A stretch of DNA of 27,425 nucleotides from an uncultured Candidatus Bathyarchaeia archaeon (lineage in GTDB: Archaea; Thermoproteota; Bathyarchaeia; TCS64). The position numbers were made by a program, and so were the translations under genes. This document shows, in pieces, positions 7,218-14,923 of the stretch. Position 1 is the stretch's first letter, and each line of letters begins with the position of its first letter. Where the stretch lies: positions 1 to 27,425 of the forward strand of contig CAYTVK010000001.1 in the NCBI GenBank assembly GCA_964441725.1, read 5' to 3'. The notes under the pieces are model-generated. The model had not been told where the DNA came from. It searched no databases and worked only from the letters and a program-made list of their open reading frames with translations.

Positions 7218-8236
7218 CTAGATATTCGCTTCACGGTGTTACCAAGAACTATGGCAGTATTGAGGCTCTAAGAGGTATTGACCTCGATATAGAAGATGAG
7301 TTGCTGGGCATTATTGGTCACAGCGGAGTTGGCAAGACCACTCTTCTCAAGATTCTTGCCGGGTTAGAGAACCCAAGCTCTGGGACCATCAAATACAACG
7401 ATCTGCCTGTTGATGCATCTAACATGGCCCAGCTGAGAAAAAAAGCCACAATGATATTCCAGTCACCCCTCTTCCTCAGGGGAGATGTCTTCACCAACGT
7501 AGCCTACGGGCTCAGGTTACGGAAAGCATCTGAACCAGCAGTCAAAGAGAGCGTTGAACAGGTGCTGGAGACTGTACGCCTACCCGGATTATCTGATAGA
7601 GACGCAAAGGAACTCTCCGGTGGAGAACAGCAACGGGTGGCGTTAGCCCGTGCACTGGTGCTGGATCCCGAGGTGCTTCTCCTAGATGAGCCAACTTCAA
7701 ACCTCGATCCGGGAAACGCTAGTATCATCAGTGATGTGCTTCAGGAACAATCAGACCAGAGGGTTATCGTTATCGCGACTCATGATCTGCCTCAGGTTTC
7801 TCGTCTCGCGGATCGTGTGCTATTTCTCAAGGATGGGATTATCAGCGAGCAGGGTGCGCCTTCAGAGATGGAGGCAATCACACGCTACACAGAGAACGTT
7901 TTCTCCGGTATCAGCAGCCGTATCGAGGGTGTGAGCATCATAAACGTTGACGGCGTCCCTATCCGATTCACTGAACCGGTGGAGGGTAGGGTTTCCATTC
8001 ACGTTCGCCCACAGGATATTATCTTGAGTAATGGATGGATCGAGACCAGCGCTAGGAATCAGTTCAGGGGTCCCATTGTCGGCGTTGAGGAGAAGAACGG
8101 TGTTGTGATGATCAGTGTCGATGCGGGGAGCGTGTTCCGTGCCCAGATTACTCGCAAGAGCTTTGACGAGATGGGGCTCAGCCTCGGTAAGGAGATCAAT
8201 ATCTCATTCAAGGCGTCCTCGGTTATCCTTCTCTAA
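7214..8236 (+). CDS. tupC: Tungstate/molybdate ABC transporter ATPase with C-terminal TOBE domain
   Basis: Walker A GHSGVGKT, signature LSGGEQQR, Walker B LLLDEP, H-loop ATHD, TOBE-type ETSARNQFRG. GTGA overlap with tupB and an upstream AGGAGG. Confidence 0.9.
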   Translation: MTRYSLHGVTKNYGSIEALRGIDLDIEDELLGIIGHSGVGKTTLLKILAGLENPSSGTIKYNDLPVDASNMAQLRKKATMIFQSPLFLRGDVFTNVAYGLRLRKASEPAVKESVEQVLETVRLPGLSDRDAKELSGGEQQRVALARALVLDPEVLLLDEPTSNLDPGNASIISDVLQEQSDQRVIVIATHDLPQVSRLADRVLFLKDGIISEQGAPSEMEAITRYTENVFSGISSRIEGVSIINVDGVPIRFTEPVEGRVSIHVRPQDIILSNGWIETSARNQFRGPIVGVEEKNGVVMISVDAGSVFRAQITRKSFDEMGLSLGKEINISFKASSVILL

Positions 8237-8243
8237 GTGAAGC

Positions 8244-8250
8244 TATAATA
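8244..8250 (+). promoter_or_regulatory. TATA-like box (TATAATA) upstream of the Cys-rich gene
   Basis: 24 nt before ATG 8275. The geometry fits a leaderless archaeal transcript. Confidence 0.45.
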
Positions 8251-8274
8251 GCGACGATGCATCCCCCATTTAAG

Positions 8275-8715
8275 ATGAGTAAACCAGTTAAGGTCACGGT
8301 GTTTCCACGGCTTAACGCCAATATCTGCGGTACAGGGTGTGGTATATCCTGTACATCTTGTAGTAGTTGTGATCAAAACTGTGGCTTCAAAGAAACAGAG
8401 TGCGAGTTGATGGATGACCTCTACTTTCTATTAGAGGAGATTGTTTACTCCAAGTGTGATAAATGTGAGCTTGATTTCGTTGATACCTCTGATATTGATT
8501 ACTCCATCGAGCGTCTGAACATGGTGCTTGTTACAAGCGGAGAGGAGACAGTAACCCACTACACCTACGGGGAGTACATGACCGAGTATGCCCCAATAAT
8601 CGCTTTGAACAGCATGATAGTAATTAAAGGCAAGATACCTACAAGAGAAGAACTTGTCAATGCCTTTGAGAAGTTCAGCACTGGTCTTCTTTCATCTTCT
8701 GTTCCAGTGTCTTGA
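8275..8715 (+). CDS. Hypothetical Cys-rich protein, ArsD/thioredoxin-like fold predicted
   Basis: 146 aa from ATG 8275 (ATG 8257 possible). Beta-strand VKVTVF, then CGTGCGISCTSCSSCDQNC, a later CDKC, and C-terminal APIIALNSMIVIKGKIPTREELVNAF resembling the ArsD-type LPLLLLDG...GRYP.R.EL segment (by-eye comparison). Confidence 0.65.
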   Translation: MSKPVKVTVFPRLNANICGTGCGISCTSCSSCDQNCGFKETECELMDDLYFLLEEIVYSKCDKCELDFVDTSDIDYSIERLNMVLVTSGEETVTHYTYGEYMTEYAPIIALNSMIVIKGKIPTREELVNAFEKFSTGLLSSSVPVS

Positions 8716-9073
8716 GTTCGCCTTTCTCACTTATCCTGATCTTTGTCTGAAGCCGAACCGGTATCCCTATTGATCTGAAGAACCCCATGAGGGCGGCTCC
8801 GTCGATTGCTTCCTTTATCTTTCCCGATTTGATTCCTTCAACAAGTATTTGTTCTATCTGAGGCATCAACTGTGGATACTGGTATGCGGCTGCGTTATAC
8901 ACTTCCCACGCCCTGTCTCCGAAGCATCCGTCTAGAATATCCTTGTTGGTGGGTTCCTTTGGTTTCTCTGGCTCAGGTTCAGCAGTCTGCTGTTCTTTCA
9001 ACTGCTTGAGGAGAAGCTGTCTCTTCATCTCTTCTAGGCGTCTCTGCTTGATCCTTTCCAGTTCGTCATCCAT
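8675..9073 (-). CDS. PDCD5-related archaeal double-stranded DNA-binding protein
   Basis: 132 aa from ATG 9073. Begins MDDELERIKQRRLEEMKRQ. Core RAWEV.NAAAYQYPQL..QIEQILVEGIKSGKIKEAID fits the PDCD5 helical pattern. Confidence 0.7.
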   Translation of the reverse strand: MDDELERIKQRRLEEMKRQLLLKQLKEQQTAEPEPEKPKEPTNKDILDGCFGDRAWEVYNAAAYQYPQLMPQIEQILVEGIKSGKIKEAIDGAALMGFFRSIGIPVRLQTKIRISEKGELKTLEQKMKEDQC

Positions 9074-9109
9074 GTCTTTACCGCAGCACAATAGCCGTTG
9101 GTATACGAT

Positions 9110-11128
9110 TTATTCCTTACTAATAGCTGTGGGTTTTACGCCACTGATACGGATGCTGTTCAGAATAACCAGCAATGCTAGCCCCACATCACCCAGTACA
9201 ACTGAGACCCAGAGACTGATAAGTCCAAAAGCCGCCATCACCACGATCGCGAGCTTCATCCCAACTGAGATGGAAATATTCTCCCTTATCCTGCTCAACG
9301 TGGTTCTGCTAAGCTTGTGTATGTAGTTCAGCCTGGTCAGGTCGTCTTCCAGTAATACGATATCAGCGGTCTCCAAAGCAATATCGCTGCCCAGTCTTCC
9401 CATAGCCACGCCTACATCCGCCGCTGCTAGAGCCGGCGCATCATTAATTCCATCACCCACCATAACGACTTGACCATATTGTTTGAGGCCCTCGATGGCT
9501 TTTAGCTTCTCATCCGGTAGAAGGTTGGCGTGGTATCCGTTGAAGCCTATCTGTTTCGCTATGGCAGCTGCTGTGGTCTCGTTGTCTCCTGTGAGCATCT
9601 CTACCTTCATGCCTTGTTGGCGTAGTTCTCGTACTGCTTGTTTCGCTGTTACTCTGCTCTGGTCCATTAACGCGATGAGTCCGATTATCTCGGTTTCCTT
9701 TGACAGAATTACAACTGTTTTTCCCTGCGTCTCCAGCGCTTGTATGTCCTTAATCGGGTACTGTATCCCGGTCTCGTCGTAAAACCTCTGGTTCCCTATC
9801 CTGTACTTCACGCCTTTGATCTCTGCCTCTACTCCTCTTCCAGATGTGCTGAGAAATTCATCAGCTTCATAGTGTGGCATCTTCCACTGCATCGCCTCAT
9901 ATTTGATGGCTTCAGCTATGGGGTGCTTGCTGTTCTCCTCAAGGGCTGTGGCTATTCCCAGCACCTCTTCCTTGCCCATACCGTATTGTATGATGTCTGT
10001 AACCCTTGGCTTACCCGTGGTCAGTGTGCCTGTCTTATCAAAGGCATAGACCTTTGCCTTGTTTATCTCCTCTATGAAGGTGCTTCCTTTGATCAATACA
10101 CCGTTTCTACTCGCGCTTGTTATGGCTGAAACCATAGCCACTGGTGTTGCCAACGTCAATGCACATGGGCAGCCGATTACAAGTAACACGAGGCTGTTGT
10201 AGATGGACGGAACAAGTGGAGCACCCAGTAGAAAAGTCGGCACAGAGGCGTAGAGTATAGCCAGCACTATGACCGCTGGCGTGTAATACCTCGCGAAGCG
10301 ATTGACGATGGTCTCTGTTGAGCTCTTTCTTCCCTCCGCTTCCTGAACCATCCGCAGAATGTTTGATAACATACTTTCAGAAGAAGCCCTAGTGGTCTCA
10401 ACAGCGATGTAGCCATCGAGGTTGATAGAACCCGCGAAGACCTTATCGTGTTCCCCCTTATGGATCGGCATTGATTCACCTGTCATGGTTGACTGATCAA
10501 CCGTCGTATCACCATCAACTACAGAGCCGTCAAGAGGTATCCTGTCGCCGGGCCTCACAACGAAAACCTCACCCGGCAGCACCTGATCAACAGGTAAAGA
10601 TACTTCTTCCCCGTTTTTCCTGACCGTGGCTGTCTCTGGGCGTAGCTCCATCAACGCCTCGATTGCGTGTCTCGCCCTCTGAGACGCCATAACCTCAAGC
10701 TTCATAGATATGTCTTTTAGGAAAACCACCAACGCGCCTTCCTGGTAATGACCTATGACTGTGGCTCCTATGGCTGCAACGGTTACGAGGAAATCTATCC
10801 CTATCCTGCCTTTTAGCAGTCCTTTGAATCCGTTGATGGCCATATTGTAGCCTGACAGCACCATGGAGCCAATCAATATGATGTTAGGTATCGGTGGGGC
10901 TAGTCCGAGATAACTCATGACTATGCCTATCGCGATTAGCAGACCGATTATGATACTTCTCGTCCAGCTAATATTCTCGTGGATTTTAACTTGGTTGTGC
11001 TCACATGTTGAACAAGCAGTATCTTCTAGGGTGCATGTTGCGCAGGCTGGGTCTTCATCGTAGGTGCAACTTGTACATACTTCACCGTGGCTGTGTTGAT
11101 GTTCTTCGTGGTGCTGGTGATCAGGCAT
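9110..11128 (-). CDS. zntA: Heavy-metal-translocating P1B-type ATPase, subgroup P1B-2 (Zn/Cd/Pb-type)
   Basis: Motifs: TGES, IGCPCAL (CPC), DKTGTLT, HPIA, MLTGDN, GDGINDAPAL, a TM Lys (GMKL) and D-x-G (GDVG). The N-terminus is His/Cys-rich without a GMxCxxC HMA domain. Start is ATG 11128 or TTG 11149. Confidence 0.9.
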   Translation of the reverse strand: MPDHQHHEEHQHSHGEVCTSCTYDEDPACATCTLEDTACSTCEHNQVKIHENISWTRSIIIGLLIAIGIVMSYLGLAPPIPNIILIGSMVLSGYNMAINGFKGLLKGRIGIDFLVTVAAIGATVIGHYQEGALVVFLKDISMKLEVMASQRARHAIEALMELRPETATVRKNGEEVSLPVDQVLPGEVFVVRPGDRIPLDGSVVDGDTTVDQSTMTGESMPIHKGEHDKVFAGSINLDGYIAVETTRASSESMLSNILRMVQEAEGRKSSTETIVNRFARYYTPAVIVLAILYASVPTFLLGAPLVPSIYNSLVLLVIGCPCALTLATPVAMVSAITSASRNGVLIKGSTFIEEINKAKVYAFDKTGTLTTGKPRVTDIIQYGMGKEEVLGIATALEENSKHPIAEAIKYEAMQWKMPHYEADEFLSTSGRGVEAEIKGVKYRIGNQRFYDETGIQYPIKDIQALETQGKTVVILSKETEIIGLIALMDQSRVTAKQAVRELRQQGMKVEMLTGDNETTAAAIAKQIGFNGYHANLLPDEKLKAIEGLKQYGQVVMVGDGINDAPALAAADVGVAMGRLGSDIALETADIVLLEDDLTRLNYIHKLSRTTLSRIRENISISVGMKLAIVVMAAFGLISLWVSVVLGDVGLALLVILNSIRISGVKPTAISKE

Positions 11129-11149
11129 TTTCTCTTTTTCTTCGAGCAA

Positions 11150-11227
11150 CCTTGTTTTATTAATGTAATGCTATAAAAAGCGGGTTTTTTATTAGTAATT
11201 AATAAATTCATACCCTTGTTTTATTAA
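11150..11227. repeat. 14-bp direct repeat CCTTGTTTTATTAA (11150-11163, 11214-11227) with TTTTATTA at 32-bp period and a central TTTATTA-N5-TAATAAA palindrome
   Basis: TTTTATTA starts at 11155, 11187 and 11219. Inverted repeat at 11188-11206. Lies between the divergent ATPase and nikR-like genes. Confidence 0.65.
11172..11179 (-). promoter_or_regulatory. TATA-like box (TTTTTATA) for the P1B ATPase
   Basis: About 22 nt upstream of TTG 11149, flanked on both sides by the repeated motifs. Confidence 0.4.
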
Positions 11228-11230
11228 ACC

Positions 11231-11641
11231 ATGACTGTGATAAGCGTCAGCCTCACAAATGAGCTTCTGGACAGGCTGGACCGATTCGTAGAGGAATCAG
11301 GGTACAGCAGTCGCTCCGAGGCTTTACGATTAGCCATCAGAGATGTACTGAATGAATACCAGTTGACTAAAATGCAGCGAGGCGAGACCCTCTCAACCAT
11401 CACCATCATTTCTGAGAGCGATGAGAGCAGCACTCATCTAGGCTTGATTGATCTCCGCAACGGCTTTGATGACCTGATCTTCGGAAACATGCATCTTCAC
11501 ATCGAGGGCGGATACTGTATAGAGATATTTCTCGTGAAGGGGCCATCAGACAAGATACTGAGCTTCGTAAGTAAATCCAAGGCCATCCGGGGAGTCATCG
11601 ATGTAAATCACACGCTCACACCTATGTCCCGGCAGAGCTAA
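11231..11641 (+). CDS. nikR: NikR-family ribbon-helix-helix transcriptional regulator
   Basis: 136 aa. RHH domain MTVISVSL...LD.....GY.SRSEA.R.AIR. C-terminal ACT-like metal domain with H-L-H-x5-C-I-E...V.G. Confidence 0.85.
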   Translation: MTVISVSLTNELLDRLDRFVEESGYSSRSEALRLAIRDVLNEYQLTKMQRGETLSTITIISESDESSTHLGLIDLRNGFDDLIFGNMHLHIEGGYCIEIFLVKGPSDKILSFVSKSKAIRGVIDVNHTLTPMSRQS

Positions 11642-11644
11642 TTC

Positions 11645-11650
11645 TTATAA
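11645..11650 (+). promoter_or_regulatory. TATA-like box (TTATAA) for XO-family operon 1
   Basis: 25 nt before ATG 11676, just after the nikR stop. Confidence 0.45.
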
Positions 11651-11675
11651 TCCGTTCACGCCTCTCTTTCAGCAT

Positions 11676-14030
11676 ATGTCTAATCATTCAACGTTCCATG
11701 TTCTGGGCAAGGACACCCAGAGACAGGACGGTATCGCAAAGGTAACAGGCAGGGAGAAGTACGCATCGGACCTGTCTCTTCCCCACATGCTCTACGCGCG
11801 GTTGGTGAAGAGCCCGTACCCTCACGCGAGGGTGAAGAGCATCGACCTGTCCAAGGTTACTGATCCCACGATTGTCACTCTTACCCCCAGTGAGGTGCCT
11901 GATGTTACATTCTGTCCACGGCTTGTAAGCATCCCCAGCAGCACCTACAAGGACTGGAAGGTTCTCAGCGATAAACCAAAGTACGTGGGAGAATCAGTGG
12001 TGGCTGTAGCCGCCGAGTCGGAGCTGGATGCCCAGCGGGCAGTCGAATCCATAACAGTGGAGTATGAGCAGCTACCAGCGGTGTTTGATGCCCTAGAGTC
12101 CATGAAGCCTGAGACTGAGCCTATTCACACCGATATTATGCTCGCGGATGACTGGATCAAGATAGAGAACAACATCGCATGCAGTCTCGACATCGTAGAA
12201 GGCGATCCGGAGAAGGGCTTCAAAGAGTCAGACTACATCATCGAGGAGACCTACAGGACCAATAGAAGGTACCATACCCAGATGGAGACAAAGAGCGTTC
12301 TTGCACGACCTGAGCCTGATGGCGGCGTCACTGTCTGGAGTACAACTCAGACCCTGCACAACACGCGGATACTGCTCCATGAGATATTCGGCATCCCCAT
12401 GGGCAAGATTCGAATCATAAAGGTGCCTCTGGGGGGCAGCTTCGGTTCAAGCATACAGGTGAATCCCCCTATTCCAATAGCAGTAGCTTTGGCGTTGAAG
12501 TCTCAGAGACCGGTCAAGCTCAGCTACACACGAGAAGAAGACCTCCATGATCACAGCAGCTACCAGATGATATTCAAGCTCAAACTGGGGGCAAACAAGG
12601 AAGGCAAACTCACAGCAGGTCATCTAGACGCTTACCTAGACATCGGTGGGCATCAGGTTCAGGCATATCCGCTGCTCGGATGCGTAGTTGGCTGGTGGGT
12701 GAGCCTCTACAAGCTTCCCCACAAGAGCTACATGGGTAAGGCAGTCTACACGAACAAGGTACCAGCGTGTGCCTTCAGGGGCTACGGTAACCCGCAGATG
12801 ACATGGGTCGTGGAGACCATGATGGATCAGCTTGCGGCGAAGATCGGAATAGACCCCCTTGACTTCAGGCTCAAGAACTACATCGGGGAAGGAGACCTCT
12901 TTTGGGGTCAGGGGCCCAGTGTTCAAAGCATCATCGAGAGCTGCGGCGTCGAGGAGATCCTCAAGACAGGGGCAGAGTTAAGCGGATGGTATGATCGCCC
13001 GAAAGCCGAAGAACAGACTGGACGATTCAGGCGTGGAATCGGCATGGGACGTGGCTATCACACCAGTAGCGCCGGGGCTCCTGTGCCGGGAAGCGTAATC
13101 GACTTCGGTGGAGCCATGCTGAAGCTAAACGAGGACGGTACCTTCGACTACATATCAGCCTTAATGGACCACGGTGGCGGTACAATGGATGCCAACGCCA
13201 AGATAATCGCCGAGGAACTCAGCGTACCCCACTACATGGTAAACATAGTACGAGCAGACACAGGCACAACAGTCTACGATGTCTGTACGCATGCCTCAAG
13301 GGGCATCTACAGCGGCGGAGGAGCCGCCCTAAAAGTAGCTGGACAGGTGAAGGAAAAGATCAGGGCAGCAGCAGCGCGGTCACTGGACGCTTATGGGCAT
13401 GCTTTGAAGTTTAGATGGGACCCTGAGCGCCAGCAAGCGGTAGTCTATGCTGAAGGCGTTGAGGGGCGAGAAATCACGTTAAAGGAACTCGCTTACGAGA
13501 TGAGGCACAAGAATCTTGGAACCATCGCTGCGGTAGATAGTTACAGGCAGCCAGCTTGTCCACCTCACTTCACAGGATACTTCGTTGAGGTAGAGGTGGA
13601 TACGTGGACGGGGAAGGTCAGACTTGTCAAGGTTATCGCTGGAGCAGATATTGGCACGGTGATCAACCCCAAGCTGGCTATGGGGCAGATTCACGGAGGC
13701 TTCGCGCAGGGCTGGAGCATGACTGTAAACGAGGATACTCCCTATGATCCCGGTAGCGGAGACTTGTGGAATCATGGATTCTTGGCTGATTACAAGCTAC
13801 CTACACCGCTGGACCTACCGGATTTAGATGACTTTTACGTCTTTTTCGCGGACACTTATGAGCCCACTGGGCCATTTGGTGCTAAGGGAATAGGTGAGGG
13901 TGCGTTGAACCCTGTGGCTGGGGCTATTGCAAACGCCATTCAGAACGCTATCGGGATCAAGTTCTACGAGCTACCCATTACTAAAGATAAAATTCTCGCT
14001 GCTCTGCGGGAGAAGGAGGCACAGCAATGA
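11676..14030 (+). CDS. Xanthine oxidase family molybdopterin-binding (large) subunit, enzyme 1, substrate unknown
   Basis: 784 aa. Motifs: R.DG..KVTG...Y..D, KYVGE, H.QME, WSTTQ, GGSFG, AFRGYGNPQ, DHGGG, GTVINP.LAMGQIHGG..QG, GPFGAKGIGE. Confidence 0.93.
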   Translation: MSNHSTFHVLGKDTQRQDGIAKVTGREKYASDLSLPHMLYARLVKSPYPHARVKSIDLSKVTDPTIVTLTPSEVPDVTFCPRLVSIPSSTYKDWKVLSDKPKYVGESVVAVAAESELDAQRAVESITVEYEQLPAVFDALESMKPETEPIHTDIMLADDWIKIENNIACSLDIVEGDPEKGFKESDYIIEETYRTNRRYHTQMETKSVLARPEPDGGVTVWSTTQTLHNTRILLHEIFGIPMGKIRIIKVPLGGSFGSSIQVNPPIPIAVALALKSQRPVKLSYTREEDLHDHSSYQMIFKLKLGANKEGKLTAGHLDAYLDIGGHQVQAYPLLGCVVGWWVSLYKLPHKSYMGKAVYTNKVPACAFRGYGNPQMTWVVETMMDQLAAKIGIDPLDFRLKNYIGEGDLFWGQGPSVQSIIESCGVEEILKTGAELSGWYDRPKAEEQTGRFRRGIGMGRGYHTSSAGAPVPGSVIDFGGAMLKLNEDGTFDYISALMDHGGGTMDANAKIIAEELSVPHYMVNIVRADTGTTVYDVCTHASRGIYSGGGAALKVAGQVKEKIRAAAARSLDAYGHALKFRWDPERQQAVVYAEGVEGREITLKELAYEMRHKNLGTIAAVDSYRQPACPPHFTGYFVEVEVDTWTGKVRLVKVIAGADIGTVINPKLAMGQIHGGFAQGWSMTVNEDTPYDPGSGDLWNHGFLADYKLPTPLDLPDLDDFYVFFADTYEPTGPFGAKGIGEGALNPVAGAIANAIQNAIGIKFYELPITKDKILAALREKEAQQ

Positions 14031-14923
14031 TAAACATCAACAAGTGGAACACCCACATTATCGGGAAACCATTCCAGTATCATCAACCAGAGACAGTTGA
14101 GGAAGCCACGAAGCTACTGGCTACGCTTCCCAACTGCAAAATACTGGTGGGTGGAACCGACCTTGTGCCAAAGATGAAGCAGCGGCTACTGGAGCCAGAG
14201 CATGTGGTAAACCTCAAAAAGATACCAGAGCTCGTGGGCATCAAGGAGACCGAGAAAGGCGTATGGATAGGCGCAGCCACTAAACTCAGAGACATAGAGC
14301 AAAGCAAACTCGTTCAGAATAAGATACCACTTCAATACCTCGCCACAAAGACCATCGGCAGCGTCCAGATAAGAAACATGGGCACCCTCGGGGGAAACGT
14401 TTGCAACGCCTCTCCTGCAGCCGATGGAGCCCTTGGATTAATTACTCAGGACGCCACTGTGCATATCGCTGGATCGAAAAGGAGAAGGGATGTGCCCATC
14501 ACAGGTTTCTTCACCGGACCCGGAGCCATTGTTCTTAAGAAAGATGAACTCGTGACCGGGTTCACCGTGCCATATATGGAGAAAGGTACAGGGTATCACT
14601 TCATCAGCATCGGCAGGACAGCGTTGGACATCAGCACCATCAGCCTAGCTGTAACCATCACCAAGAAAGACGGCAAAGTAGCAAAAGCAACAGTAGCATT
14701 AGGCAGTGTAGCTCCTACACCTCTCAGGCTACCTGAAGTAGAGGCGTATCTCATTGGAAAAGCCCTCTCTGATAACGTTATCATCGAGGCAGCCAACATG
14801 GTGAGTGAAGACATCAAACCCATCACAGACATCAGGGCATCAGCCGAGTACCGCAAAGAAGCATCCAAAGGCATGGCGATGGAAGCACTAAAAACCGCAT
14901 GGATACAGGAGGCAAAACAATGA
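14027..14923 (+). CDS. XO-family FAD-binding (medium) subunit, enzyme 1
   Basis: 298 aa. Motifs: GGTDLVP, IGAAT, IGSVQIRNMGTLGGN.CNASPAAD, T.FF.GPG, PITDIRASAEYR. ATGA overlap. Confidence 0.93.
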   Translation: MININKWNTHIIGKPFQYHQPETVEEATKLLATLPNCKILVGGTDLVPKMKQRLLEPEHVVNLKKIPELVGIKETEKGVWIGAATKLRDIEQSKLVQNKIPLQYLATKTIGSVQIRNMGTLGGNVCNASPAADGALGLITQDATVHIAGSKRRRDVPITGFFTGPGAIVLKKDELVTGFTVPYMEKGTGYHFISIGRTALDISTISLAVTITKKDGKVAKATVALGSVAPTPLRLPEVEAYLIGKALSDNVIIEAANMVSEDIKPITDIRASAEYRKEASKGMAMEALKTAWIQEAKQ

